DNA of 35,249 nt from Thermoanaerobaculia bacterium (GTDB lineage: Bacteria; Acidobacteriota; Thermoanaerobaculia; Gp7-AA8): assembly GCA_041483175.1 (NCBI GenBank), contig JBGPFD010000003.1, positions 1 through 35,249 of the forward strand, given 5' to 3'. The notes under the pieces were generated by a model that made no database searches, had not been told where the DNA came from, and saw only the letters and a program-made list of their open reading frames with translations. Positions 15,458-24,963 of this stretch are shown here, piece by piece (position 1 is the stretch's first letter; every line of letters starts with the position of its first letter). The translations under genes were made by a program, and so were the position numbers.

Positions 15458-18130
15458 TCACGCTGCCACGGCGGCGTTGATCTCGATCAGTAATGGCGCA
15501 AGCTGGCCGCTGAAGACGCGATTCGCCGCTCCCCAACCGCCGATACGCTGCAACAACGGAATGGTATCGAAATCGTCCCGATCGATCGAAAGATTCTGCA
15601 CCAGATGCTCGCGGATGCGGTCGAGCCACTGCCGCTGCGCCTCGGTGAAAACACGGCCGAAAGTGAGCCGCGTAAGTGCTCGCTCCACGCGCTCCGATGA
15701 CGTTAGAAGCGGCTCCTGTTCTTTTGCCGCGTGCTTGACCATGGAAATGATGTCGACGAGGCTCTTGCGATACGCCTGCGCGTGCGCGATGCGCAGGCGG
15801 TCTTCGGTGAAGCGCTCAGGCGCCGCGGCAAGCCGCCGGCGCAGGTCGTCCAGCACCTCCGGGCGCCAGTCCCGGGGCCGATCGAGAAGCACGGCGATGG
15901 CGTCGATCTCCGATTCTTTATCGGCGACGAATTTCGCGAAGAGCCGAAGGTAATCCTCAGGCTTCACCGCCTTCCCTTCCCCGTCGCGCAGGAGCCGCTC
16001 CGAAGCGACCTCGTCCTGTACCTCGTACGCGATGAGAAAGGTCCGCTCCGGCCGCGGGTAGTGGAGGAGCAAATCCTGAAATGCCGGATCGCGCAGCAGA
16101 GCCATCGCCGCCGTGAAATCCCGCTCCAGCCGCGCCGGCAGGTTGCGCGCCCAGGCCGCGAGATCGCCACCCTCGACGAACGCGGCGAACGACTCTCTCG
16201 CCTCTCCGGCCATCTCCTTGTCGATACGGTGCAGGCGCTTGACCAGGCAACGAACGTTGAACGCGCGGTCGCGGTTGTTCCAGGCGTCGTCGATGATCTC
16301 GACGATCGTCCGCCCCGGCGGAACGGGCTGCTCCTCGGTGATCGAGGTGGCCCTGGCAAAGTACGCGAAGAGCGATCCGTCGAAACAATCGACGACGGTG
16401 AAGTGCGACTTATCGGGAAATGACTCGCTTTTTCTCGTGCCGCGACCGAGCATCTGCTCAAAGAGGATGCGCGACTTCACTGGCCGCAGAAAGACGATGA
16501 ATTCGAGGTCGGGGATGTCGACGCCGGTTGACATGAGGTCGACCGAGACGACGATCTTCGGCTCCGGCCGGTTGCGGAATTTCCGGATGAGCTGCAGCGG
16601 CCGGTCGACGCTGCGTCCCGTGATCTTCTCGACGAACGACTCTCCCCTCCCGAAGATCTCCCGCGCGAGGAGAACCAGTTGATCGGCATGTGACGTGTGC
16701 GGAAGATCGTTCACGGCAAAAATCAGCGTCTTCGGAAAGCGGCCGTACTGCTCCTCATGCTCCAGCGTCAGGCGCTTCAGCTCTTCGAGAATCTTTCGGT
16801 TCGAGTCGGGTGCCGTGATCGCCTGCTCGACTTGTGTGCTGTCGTACTGGCGCTCGTCTTCGAGCAGATCGCGCTTCTCGGTTCCTGACTTCGTGTCCAC
16901 GACGCCGACTTCTTCACCTTCGGCAAGAAAGACGCCGTTCATCCGGACATTCGAGCGAAGCCTGATCGGGTCGTAATCGACCAGATATCCCTCCGCGACC
17001 GCACGCTCATAGTTGTACCGATAGACAATGTCCGAGAAGTAGGCGGTCGTGTGCGAAGCAGGTGTCGCGGTCAGTCCGAGCTTGATCGCATCGAAATGCT
17101 CGAGCGTGTTCCTCCACACCGAGACTTCATGGCTCGTGTAGCCTCGGTGGCATTCGTCGGCGACGACGAAATCGAAGGCGTGGATTGGAATCTGAAGCTT
17201 CATCGCGTCGTCTTCCGCATCACCCTCTCGACCTTCGAGCATTCCCTCTCTGCCGAAGAGATTGATCGCAAGCCGCTGGATCGTGCAGATGAAGACGAAC
17301 GCCTGGCCAGGTTTCGGATCGGTCAGATACGCGTTCGGCATCACGTTCGGATCGAAGGGATCGTCCTCGTCGAAGTCCTCGCGCTGGAATCGCTGGGTGT
17401 AGACCTCATAGATCTGATTGAATTTCAGACCGGGCTCCGGATCGAAGGAAGCGAATGCACGCGCGGCCTGTGCGGCCAGCGCCCTTCGATCTACGAGAAA
17501 AAGCACTCGCCGGGCGACGCCCGATTTCATGAGGCGGTAGATCTCGTTGACGAGCGTAAACGTCTTGCCGGTGCCGGTGGCCATGGCGACGAGCATTCGG
17601 CGCTTCCGCGCGGCGATCGCGGTTTCGATGGCCGCATTCGCGTCGTGTTGATAGGGGCGAAGTTTGCGATGGTCAAAGCAGAGTTCCTTCAGGGCTCGGC
17701 ACTGCCCCTCGAAATCGCGCTCCAGAGCTTCGTGCAACCCGGCGGGCGTGTGAAAGTTCGCAACGCGGCGCGAGAGATTCAACGGGTGACGGACGTCGTG
17801 GAACCACGTAACCTCGCCGTTCGTGGAGTAGAGAAACGGCACGCGATACTCGCCGAAGCGGACATTCGACGAAGCAAGACCGCGCGCATAGCGTTGCGCC
17901 TGCGTCAGAACGTTTTGCGGGCCGACGGTCAGTCTCTTCGCTTCAACAACAGCGACCGGACTGTCGCCGAGGTGAAGGACATAGTCGGCAGGACCATGTT
18001 CGGTGGGATGTTCTTCCGTCCGGTACGCGCGACTCGGCGCGGAAGGCGAGCGTTTCCAGCCGAGCGCGTCGAGGCGCGGATCAATCCGGCTCTTCCGCGT
18101 CTGCCATTCCCGTTCGTCATCTGCGGACAC
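15458..18130 (-). CDS. hsdR: Type I restriction enzyme R subunit (EcoEI/EcoAI-like, type IB style)
   Basis: PADYVL..VEAK nuclease motif; LRPYQ; MATGTGKT; DECH; GLTATP; STGVD; QMLGRGTR; EcoEI-like C-terminus. Confidence 0.95.
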   Translation of the reverse strand: MSADDEREWQTRKSRIDPRLDALGWKRSPSAPSRAYRTEEHPTEHGPADYVLHLGDSPVAVVEAKRLTVGPQNVLTQAQRYARGLASSNVRFGEYRVPFLYSTNGEVTWFHDVRHPLNLSRRVANFHTPAGLHEALERDFEGQCRALKELCFDHRKLRPYQHDANAAIETAIAARKRRMLVAMATGTGKTFTLVNEIYRLMKSGVARRVLFLVDRRALAAQAARAFASFDPEPGLKFNQIYEVYTQRFQREDFDEDDPFDPNVMPNAYLTDPKPGQAFVFICTIQRLAINLFGREGMLEGREGDAEDDAMKLQIPIHAFDFVVADECHRGYTSHEVSVWRNTLEHFDAIKLGLTATPASHTTAYFSDIVYRYNYERAVAEGYLVDYDPIRLRSNVRMNGVFLAEGEEVGVVDTKSGTEKRDLLEDERQYDSTQVEQAITAPDSNRKILEELKRLTLEHEEQYGRFPKTLIFAVNDLPHTSHADQLVLLAREIFGRGESFVEKITGRSVDRPLQLIRKFRNRPEPKIVVSVDLMSTGVDIPDLEFIVFLRPVKSRILFEQMLGRGTRKSESFPDKSHFTVVDCFDGSLFAYFARATSITEEQPVPPGRTIVEIIDDAWNNRDRAFNVRCLVKRLHRIDKEMAGEARESFAAFVEGGDLAAWARNLPARLERDFTAAMALLRDPAFQDLLLHYPRPERTFLIAYEVQDEVASERLLRDGEGKAVKPEDYLRLFAKFVADKESEIDAIAVLLDRPRDWRPEVLDDLRRRLAAAPERFTEDRLRIAHAQAYRKSLVDIISMVKHAAKEQEPLLTSSERVERALTRLTFGRVFTEAQRQWLDRIREHLVQNLSIDRDDFDTIPLLQRIGGWGAANRVFSGQLAPLLIEINAAVAA

Positions 18131-18180
18131 GACAGTAGATTACCCCCTGGATCCGAAATCCTCACGGCTCGGCGTGCCAT

Positions 18181-18213
18181 CCGGCGCTCAGACCGCCTGA
18201 AGCCGGTGCTCCA
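18181..18213. repeat. Degenerate or partial REP-like palindrome at the right island boundary
   Basis: CCGGCGCTCAGACCGCCTGAAGCCGGTGCTCCA, an imperfect hairpin ending in TGCTCCA; single copy in the window. Confidence 0.3.
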
Positions 18214-18226
18214 TGAAGGTGATTCG

Positions 18227-18811
18227 TCATCGTTTCTTCGGCTTCAAGGTGTAGGCGGCGAGCCGCCGGCCGTGCGCGGAGTCGTCGATCAGCGCGGCCA
18301 GCCGGCGCGCGCGCGTCTCCTCCTTCTTCGCGCTCACGACCCAGGCAATGGCCACGCGCCGGTACCCTGGGGGCTGCGCGGTGAAGTACTCCCACGCCTT
18401 CTTGTTGGCGCGGAATCTCTTCTCCTCGGCGCGGGGCAATGCGCGCGGAGCGTTCTCGTACGTGTAGACGCGCGACTTCTCCTCGGTGCGCTGCTCGAAC
18501 GTTCGCGCTCCTCCCGGTCGCATCAGTCCGCGATTCGCCAGTTCCATCGCGCGCCGGATGTTGACCGCGCTCCAATTGCTGCTGCGCTTTCGCGGCGTGA
18601 AGCGGATGCTGTACCGGATCTCGTCGATCCGCTTCCGCACACCGTCGATCCAGCCGAAGCAGAGCACCTGATCGACGGACTCCGGCCAGCTCATCGACGG
18701 CCTGCCGGAACCTCTCTTGTAGAAGCCGACCAGCAGCTCCGTTGCCCGGTCGTGATTGCGCTCGAGCCATTCCCGGAACGCCTCCGCCGATTCGAAAAAG
18801 AGCGGCTCCAT
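18227..18811 (-). CDS. YdeI/OmpD-associated family protein
   Basis: FREWLERNH; GFYK.GS; LCFGWIDG; RFTPRK.SSNWS.VN; SAKKEETR.RRL. Start at ATG 18811. Confidence 0.9.
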   Translation of the reverse strand: MEPLFFESAEAFREWLERNHDRATELLVGFYKRGSGRPSMSWPESVDQVLCFGWIDGVRKRIDEIRYSIRFTPRKRSSNWSAVNIRRAMELANRGLMRPGGARTFEQRTEEKSRVYTYENAPRALPRAEEKRFRANKKAWEYFTAQPPGYRRVAIAWVVSAKKEETRARRLAALIDDSAHGRRLAAYTLKPKKR

Positions 18812-18921
18812 CGGCGTGAGGATAGCGAAATCCGATCGCACGCTCGCCGGTATCCTGGTGGGAGGCCTCTTCCTCGCGAGCTGGGTGCTCCATCGCGACG
18901 CAGCAACCCCAGCACTGAACC

Positions 18922-20226
18922 TCATTGCTCCTCGGCCAGAGCGCGATCGAGACGCTCCATATCGTGCCCGACGGTTCGAGTGGCCGCAAACAGGACGAAC
19001 GTCAGGGCGATGCTGAGGATGGGGATCAAGTACATCGCCGAATGCAGGCCGGCGCCGCGGAACGGCTCGAGCGCGCGGCCGGCCGCCGCGCGCCGGGTGA
19101 AGAAGTCGCTGGTCACGCCGGTGACGATTGGCCCGAGTGATGCGCCGAGGACGTACATGGCACAAAAGTAGAGGGCCATCGCCGTTCCACGCAGCGACGG
19201 CTCGACCACATCGTGCAGCGTCGCATAAACGCTGGAGTAGTAGACATACATGGCCATGCAGCCACAACCGGCGAGGACGACAAAGGAGAGTGTGGAATGC
19301 GGCGGCCTGGTCAGCGCAAGGAGCAGCATCGGCACCGAAGCGAGGATCGCCACCGCGCCGACGAGCAGACGGCCGTCGCGCCGCCGCAGCGACAATCGAT
19401 CGGCGACTGCGCCGCCGATCAGAAGCCCGGGAATTCCCGACAGCCCGTAACTGACCATGGCCATCAGCCCCGCCTGACGGAGAGTCGCGCCGTGGTAGCG
19501 CATCAGGAACGGCGCCAGAAACGAGCCGAGCGCGTACATGTTGAAGTTGTGCAGCGCGCCGGAGAGGATCAGCCACCACATCGTCGGAATCGACAGCAGG
19601 ACGCGCCATGGCGAGCCTGCGCGGCGACGCGCGCCGACGGAGCGAGACTCGACCATGCCGCGCGCCGGCTCCGCGATGAACAAAGCGGCGATGGCGCAGA
19701 GCACGCCGGGAATGCCGGCGATGAGAAACGCCGCGCGCCAGCCCCAGGCGTGCGCGACGAAGCTGGCGACGAAATATGACAGCGCGACGCCGACCGGAAG
19801 ACCCAGCATGAATACCGACAGCGCCCGCGCACGCCGCGCCGGCGGATACAAGTCGCCGATCAACGACGTCGCCGCCGGCGCGCAGGCCGCCTCCCCGAAG
19901 CCGACGCCGAGTCGCGTGGCGAACATCTGCCCGAAGTTCCGGGTCATCGCCGCGAGGCTGGTCAGAGCGCTCCAGATCAACACGGCCACCGCGAGGATCC
20001 TCTTGCGCGAGCTCCGGTCGCTGAGCCGACCGAACGGAATGCCCACCAGCGCGTATAGAAGCGTGAACGCCGTTCCCAGCGCGCCGAGCGCGCTGTCGCT
20101 AAGGTTCCACTCCTTCCGAATCGGCTCGGCGAGCACTCCCCCGATCTGGCGATCGAAGAAGTTCACCGTGTTGATCGCAAACAGGACCGCGAGTGCGTAT
20201 CCGGCGCGGCGCGTCGATTCATTCAT
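18922..20226 (-). CDS. MFS transporter (spinster-like)
   Basis: NFFDRQ; GRLSDRSSRKR motif A; R..VG.GEA; about 12 hydrophobic segments. Confidence 0.92.
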   Translation of the reverse strand: MNESTRRAGYALAVLFAINTVNFFDRQIGGVLAEPIRKEWNLSDSALGALGTAFTLLYALVGIPFGRLSDRSSRKRILAVAVLIWSALTSLAAMTRNFGQMFATRLGVGFGEAACAPAATSLIGDLYPPARRARALSVFMLGLPVGVALSYFVASFVAHAWGWRAAFLIAGIPGVLCAIAALFIAEPARGMVESRSVGARRRAGSPWRVLLSIPTMWWLILSGALHNFNMYALGSFLAPFLMRYHGATLRQAGLMAMVSYGLSGIPGLLIGGAVADRLSLRRRDGRLLVGAVAILASVPMLLLALTRPPHSTLSFVVLAGCGCMAMYVYYSSVYATLHDVVEPSLRGTAMALYFCAMYVLGASLGPIVTGVTSDFFTRRAAAGRALEPFRGAGLHSAMYLIPILSIALTFVLFAATRTVGHDMERLDRALAEEQ

Positions 20227-20993
20227 CGTCCGCGAAACTCCGGCTTTCGCTTCTCCAGAAAGGCGCGCATTCCCTCTTTCTGATCGCTGGTGGAAAAGAG
20301 GAGTTGAAACGCTTTCCGCTCGAGCGCCATCGCCGTCTCCAGAGAAGCGTCCTGTCCGGACAGCACCGCCTCTTTGATCTGCATGATGGCCAGCGGCGGC
20401 AGCGACGCGATCGTCGTAGCGATTTTCATCGCCGTCTGGAATACGTCCGCGTCGGCAACGACCTCACTGACCAATCCCATCGCCAGGGCATCGCGCGCAG
20501 AAACCGGCTCGCCGGTCAGCAACATCCGCATGGCGCGGAATTTGCCGACCGCGCGCGTCAGGCGCTGGGTTCCGCCGGCGCCCGGCATGATCCCGACGCG
20601 AACCTCCGGCTGGCCGAAGCTCGCCCCTTCTCCGGCGACAATGATGTCGGCGAGCATCGCCAGCTCGCACCCGCCGCCCAGGGCGTACCCGTTCACCGCG
20701 GCGATCACCGGCTTCGGACATGATGTGATCGGCTGCCACAACCGCTCGGAATGACGCGCCAGCATCTCCACCGGCGTCCGCTCGACCATGTCCCGAAGAT
20801 CGGCGCCGGCCGCGAACACTTTCTCGCCGCCCGTGAGGATGATGCAACGCGTCGTCTCGTCCGCGCCGAGCGCGGAGAAGTGTTCGGCGAGCAGTTGTCG
20901 CATCGCCACATTGAGCGCGTTCCGCACCTCCGGCCGGTTCAGCCGGACGAGGGCGATTCCCTCGGCGGGTTGTTCGAGCAGAACCTCGGTCAT
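20223..20993 (-). CDS. Enoyl-CoA hydratase (crotonase family)
   Basis: LNRPEVRNAL; FAAGAD; ALGGGCE; QPEVRVG..PGAGGTQRL; both catalytic Glu present. Confidence 0.93.
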   Translation of the reverse strand: MTEVLLEQPAEGIALVRLNRPEVRNALNVAMRQLLAEHFSALGADETTRCIILTGGEKVFAAGADLRDMVERTPVEMLARHSERLWQPITSCPKPVIAAVNGYALGGGCELAMLADIIVAGEGASFGQPEVRVGIMPGAGGTQRLTRAVGKFRAMRMLLTGEPVSARDALAMGLVSEVVADADVFQTAMKIATTIASLPPLAIMQIKEAVLSGQDASLETAMALERKAFQLLFSTSDQKEGMRAFLEKRKPEFRGR

Positions 20994-21004
20994 CGCTTCA
21001 CCTC

Positions 21005-21132
21005 CGTAGAGCCGCCTCTCAGGCGGCTCAAATCCGGCTAAGAGCCGGATCTACGTTTGTAGAACCGCCGGACCTGCGTTCGTAGTGCCGCCTCTCAGGC
21101 GGCTCAATCGGGCTAAGAGCCGGATCTACGTT
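21005..21132. repeat. GTAG-type REP-like elements (family A, copies 2 and 3 plus a stub)
   Basis: Copies at 21005-21056 and 21081-21132 match 1679-1730; truncated GTAGAACCGCC at 21059-21069. Confidence 0.85.
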
Positions 21133-22150
21133 CCTCCCGTGACGGATCGGCGGAGACCTGCACGATGCGCTTTCCGATGTTCTCCCCCTTCAGCAGCCCG
21201 ATGAATGCGCGCGCAGCGTTCTCCAGTCCTTGCACCACGTCCTCACGATAGCGGATTCTTCCTTCGCGCAGCCACTGCGACATATCGCGGAGAAAGTCAG
21301 GCATTCGATCGGCGTGGTCCAGAATGATCATGCCCTGGATCACGCCGCGCTTCGTTAGAAGAGGCCCGAGATTGGGACCGAACGCCGGCTTCGCGTCGTT
21401 GTATTGGGAGATCATCCCGATGAGCGGAATGCGCGCGTGCACGTTGATGCGATGCAGCACCGCGTCGAGCACCGCGCCGCCGACGTTATCGAAGTAGACA
21501 TCGATGCCCTTCGGACACGCCGCTTTCAGCGCCGCATCGAGATCGCCCGATTTGTAATTGATGCATGCGTCGAATCCGAGCTCCTGCGTCACGAATGCGC
21601 ACTTCTTGTCGGAGCCGGCCGTTCCAACCACGCGGCAACCTTTGATCCTGGCGATCTGACCGGCGACCGATCCGACCGCGCCGGCGGCGGCGGAGACGAC
21701 GACGGTCTCCCCCTCCTTCGGCCGGCCGATGTCGAGCAGTCCGACGTACGCGGTCATTCCCGGCATCCCGAGGACGCCGAGGGCCCAGGAGATCGGCGCG
21801 TCGGAAGGGTTGAGAATCCGCAGGCCTTTTCCATCGGAAACAGCGAAGGATTGCCAGCCGTCGTAGCCGAGGACGAAGTCGCCCGCCTTGAAGCGCGAGT
21901 TTTTTGACTCGACCACCTGACTGACCGTTCCGCCGACCATCGGCTCGCCGAGCGTCGCCGGTTCGACATACGACTTCGCCGCGTTCATCCGCGATCGCAT
22001 GTACGGATCGACGGAGAGGTAAATCGTGCGGCGCAGCACCTCCCCTTCCCGAACGGCGGGGACGGGCGTGCGCACGAGCTCGAAGTTGCTCTCGCTCGGA
22101 GCACCCTCAGGGCGGCTGTGAAAGAGGATCTGCGTATTCGATTCGTTCAT
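21113..22150 (-). CDS. NADP-dependent oxidoreductase (MDR superfamily, CurA/prostaglandin-reductase-like)
   Basis: YLSVDPYMR; LGVLGMPGMTAY; AAAGAVGS; YFDNVGG; GMISQY; GENIGK. Confidence 0.92.
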   Translation of the reverse strand: MNESNTQILFHSRPEGAPSESNFELVRTPVPAVREGEVLRRTIYLSVDPYMRSRMNAAKSYVEPATLGEPMVGGTVSQVVESKNSRFKAGDFVLGYDGWQSFAVSDGKGLRILNPSDAPISWALGVLGMPGMTAYVGLLDIGRPKEGETVVVSAAAGAVGSVAGQIARIKGCRVVGTAGSDKKCAFVTQELGFDACINYKSGDLDAALKAACPKGIDVYFDNVGGAVLDAVLHRINVHARIPLIGMISQYNDAKPAFGPNLGPLLTKRGVIQGMIILDHADRMPDFLRDMSQWLREGRIRYREDVVQGLENAARAFIGLLKGENIGKRIVQVSADPSREERRSGS

Positions 22151-23205
22151 CCAAGCTCCTCGGCCATCGATGCGGCCTTCCTCGCGAGCATCGTCACGCG
22201 TTCACCAAGCGCAGCGAAACGCGGATCATCGGTCTGGCCACGAACATAGCGCGCGTAGATCTGCTGGATCACCACGGCGAGCTTGAAGACGGCGAAGACC
22301 TCGTAGAGCGCGATGCCGTCGAGCGACGCCTTCGCGCGCGAGGCGTATCGATCGAGGATCTCGTCGCGCCCGAACCATCCCCGTAGTGTAGTAATAGTTG
22401 ATACAGCGTCGCCGCGCGGTTCGCCGGCGATGTGAACCCAGTAGCAGAGCAGAATTCCGAGGTCGATGAGCGGATCGCCGACGGCGCTCATTTCCCAGTC
22501 GAAAACCGCGACCAGGCGGCGCGGATCGCCCGCGGCGAGCATCACGTTGTCGAGCTTGTAGTCGCCGTGCACCAGCGCGGGGCGGGCGGGATCGGGCGGG
22601 ATGCGCTGTTCCAGCCACGCCGCGAGCTGTTCCATCTCCGGAACCTGACTGGTCTTCGAGCCGTGCCATCGCTCCGTCCAGCCACGAATCTGCCGGGCGA
22701 CGAATCCGGCCGGCTTGCCGAGCGCGTCGAGTCCGTGAGCCGCGATGTCGATGGCGTGAAGGCCGGCGAGCGTGTCGACCATCGCCTCGCTGATCGCGCG
22801 CCGGACATCGGGCCGGTCGCGAATTTCCTCCGGCTCGTCGAGGCGGATCACGATGCCGCGACGGCGCTCCATCACGTAGAACGTGAAGCCTGCGACGGCC
22901 GCGTCCTCGCAAAGCAGACACGGGCGCGGCGCCAGCGGAAACAGCGGGTGCAGGGCAGTGAGCACGCGGCATTCGCGCGCCATGTCGTGGGCGCGCGGCG
23001 GAACCGGCCCGAACGGCGGGCGCCGCATCACGAGCTCGAGATCGCCGAACCGCAGCAGGTAGGTGAGATTCGAATGACCGCCGGGAAACTGCTCGACCTC
23101 CATCGGCGGCGTGGGGCGCTGCGGCAACGCGCCGCGAAGGTAAGCCGCAATGCGCGGCCAATCGAGCTGCTCGCTGGCGCGCACCGGGCACGTGTCGGCG
23201 ATCAT
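22147..23205 (-). CDS. APH-family phosphotransferase (ACAD10/11 N-terminal or LvaA-like)
   Basis: GGHSNLTY; RRPP; AHDMARE; HGDYKLDN; FDWEM..VGDP..DLG. Start at ATG 23205. Confidence 0.9.
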   Translation of the reverse strand: MIADTCPVRASEQLDWPRIAAYLRGALPQRPTPPMEVEQFPGGHSNLTYLLRFGDLELVMRRPPFGPVPPRAHDMARECRVLTALHPLFPLAPRPCLLCEDAAVAGFTFYVMERRRGIVIRLDEPEEIRDRPDVRRAISEAMVDTLAGLHAIDIAAHGLDALGKPAGFVARQIRGWTERWHGSKTSQVPEMEQLAAWLEQRIPPDPARPALVHGDYKLDNVMLAAGDPRRLVAVFDWEMSAVGDPLIDLGILLCYWVHIAGEPRGDAVSTITTLRGWFGRDEILDRYASRAKASLDGIALYEVFAVFKLAVVIQQIYARYVRGQTDDPRFAALGERVTMLARKAASMAEELG

Positions 23206-23618
23206 CGGTAGTAGAGGACGATCCATTCCGCGACGCAGCAAGGTTTGCCGCCGGCTTCCCTCTCCACGGTCACGTTCCAGACGACCTTCGTCGCGTCGTC
23301 CTTCTCTTCGATGGATGCCGGCGTGAATCGCGCGCGAATGCGAGAGCCGGCGATCACCGGCGCGAGAAAACGAACGCGGTTCAACCCGTAATTCACCGCC
23401 ATCCGCATGCCGCCGAGGGCCGCGGTCTGGCGCAGCAGCGTGGAGAGCAGCGACAAGGTGAGAAATCCGTGCGCGATCGACGCGCCGTACGGCGATTCGC
23501 GCGCGGCGCGGGCGGGATCGACGTGCAACCACTGATGATCGCCGGTGGCATCGGCGAAAAGGCGGATCTGATCCTGCGACACGACCATCCAGTCGCTCAC
23601 CGCGACGTTCGGGATCAT
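23202..23618 (-). CDS. MaoC-family dehydratase
   Basis: FADATGDHQWLHVD; IAHGFLTLSL; NYGLNRVRF. Start at ATG 23618. Confidence 0.9.
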   Translation of the reverse strand: MIPNVAVSDWMVVSQDQIRLFADATGDHQWLHVDPARAARESPYGASIAHGFLTLSLLSTLLRQTAALGGMRMAVNYGLNRVRFLAPVIAGSRIRARFTPASIEEKDDATKVVWNVTVEREAGGKPCCVAEWIVLYYR

Positions 23619-24778
23619 GGTTTCCTCGACCGCAGGAGGTTCCGGGCGATGACCATCCGGTGCACTTCGGAGGGGCCGTCGTAGATGCGGAACGCGCGCG
23701 CCTCGCGGTAGAAATGCTCGAGCGGCGTGTCCGTGGAGACGCCGAGCGCGCCGCAAACCTGCACCGCCCGGTCGATGACCCGATTCACCGCCTCGGCTAC
23801 GAACACTTTGCAGATCGACGACTCGTGGCGGATGTCGTCGCCACGCTCGTGCTTCCACGCGGCGTGCATGACCATCATTCGCGAAGCGTGGATCTCGATC
23901 TCCGAGTCGGCGATCATCCATTGCACCGCCTCGTGCTCCGCGAGCTTCTTTCCGAACGCTTCGCGCTCCCTGGCGCGATCGACGGCGATCTCCAGCGATC
24001 GCTGCGCCACGCCGAGCCAGCGCATGCAATGCGTCAGGCGCGCCGGCGTGAGGCGCACCTGCGCCATCTTGAAGCCGTCGCCGACTTTTCCCAAGACCGC
24101 GGAATCGGGGACGCGCACGTGATCGAAGTCGATCTCGCCGTGCCCGCCGAAGCCGCCGTGCCCGCCCATCACCGGGACGGAGCGGAGGACGCGAAATCCC
24201 GGCGCATTCGTCGGCACGAGGAACATGGTCACGCCTCGATGCGCCGGCACCGACGGGTCGGTGATGGCCATGGCGATCGCGAACGTCGAGCCTTCGGCGC
24301 CGGTGGCGAACCATTTGCGGCCGGTGATCTCCCATCCGCCATCGACGCGTACGGCCTGCGTCTTGAGCATCGTCGGATCCGCGCCCGCCCCCGGCGCCGG
24401 TTCCGACATCGCAAAGCAGGAGCGGATCTTCCCCTCCACCAGCGGGCGCAGAAGCTGCTCGCGCTGCTCCGGCGTGGCGTAGATCGACAACAGATGCATG
24501 TTCCCTTCGTCGGGAGCGGCGCAGTGCAGTGCGAGCGGACCGAAGAGGCTGCGGCCCGCCTGCTCAAAAACGACGCACATGGCCAGCGTGCCGAGGCCGA
24601 GGCCGCCCCATTCGCGCGGCAGCTGCGGCCCGTAGATGCCCGCCTTGCGTGCTTTCTGGCGCAACGCGGTCAGATCGGCGGCGGAAAAGTTGTTCTCGAG
24701 CGGGATGACCTCGTCGCGAACAAACGCCGCGACGCGGTCGCGCAACTCGATCAATTCGCGTGGAAGATCAAAATCCAT
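23615..24778 (-). CDS. Acyl-CoA dehydrogenase family protein (ACAD10/11 or LvaC-like)
   Basis: APDEGNM; SCFAMSEP; GRKWFATGA; HCMRWLG; RAFRIYDGPSEVH with Asp at the usual catalytic Glu position. Confidence 0.92.
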   Translation of the reverse strand: MDFDLPRELIELRDRVAAFVRDEVIPLENNFSAADLTALRQKARKAGIYGPQLPREWGGLGLGTLAMCVVFEQAGRSLFGPLALHCAAPDEGNMHLLSIYATPEQREQLLRPLVEGKIRSCFAMSEPAPGAGADPTMLKTQAVRVDGGWEITGRKWFATGAEGSTFAIAMAITDPSVPAHRGVTMFLVPTNAPGFRVLRSVPVMGGHGGFGGHGEIDFDHVRVPDSAVLGKVGDGFKMAQVRLTPARLTHCMRWLGVAQRSLEIAVDRAREREAFGKKLAEHEAVQWMIADSEIEIHASRMMVMHAAWKHERGDDIRHESSICKVFVAEAVNRVIDRAVQVCGALGVSTDTPLEHFYREARAFRIYDGPSEVHRMVIARNLLRSRKP

Positions 24779-24807
24779 ATTGTCCTCAGTCAGGGAGCAT
24801 GACACGG

Positions 24808-24955
24808 CCCCTCACCCGGCGCTTCGCGCCACCCTCTCCCCGCCGCGCGGGGCGAGGGGAATCGAGATCCTTCTCCCCGCCACGCCCCGCGTATGGACCT
24901 CGAGATCCTTCTCCCCGCCGCGCGGGGAGAAGGTGCCCGAAGGGCGGATGAGGGG
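24808..24955. repeat. CCCCTCACCC/CCCTCTCCC palindromic element (family B), head-to-head pair
   Basis: CCCCTCACCCGG..ACCCTCTCCCCGC..GGGGCGAGGG and CCTTCTCCCCGC..GCGGGGAGAAGG..GGATGAGGGG; 20-bp direct repeat TCGAGATCCTTCTCCCCGCC at 24862 and 24900. Confidence 0.85.
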
Positions 24956-24963
24956 TGGTGTCA

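Noticed and set aside
3459-18226. Integrase, transposase, tRNA or att sites delimiting the island
   Set aside because: None recognisable by eye, so no mobile element is called.
17051-19171. 706-aa plus-strand ORF (likewise 13581..14909, 27499..28830, 31109..32854, 33377..34729)
   Set aside because: Antisense to well-supported genes and without motifs; expected in high-GC DNA.
21005-21132. Possible mini CRISPR array
   Set aside because: Only two full ~52-bp units, a dispersed copy at 1679, REP-like structure and no cas genes.
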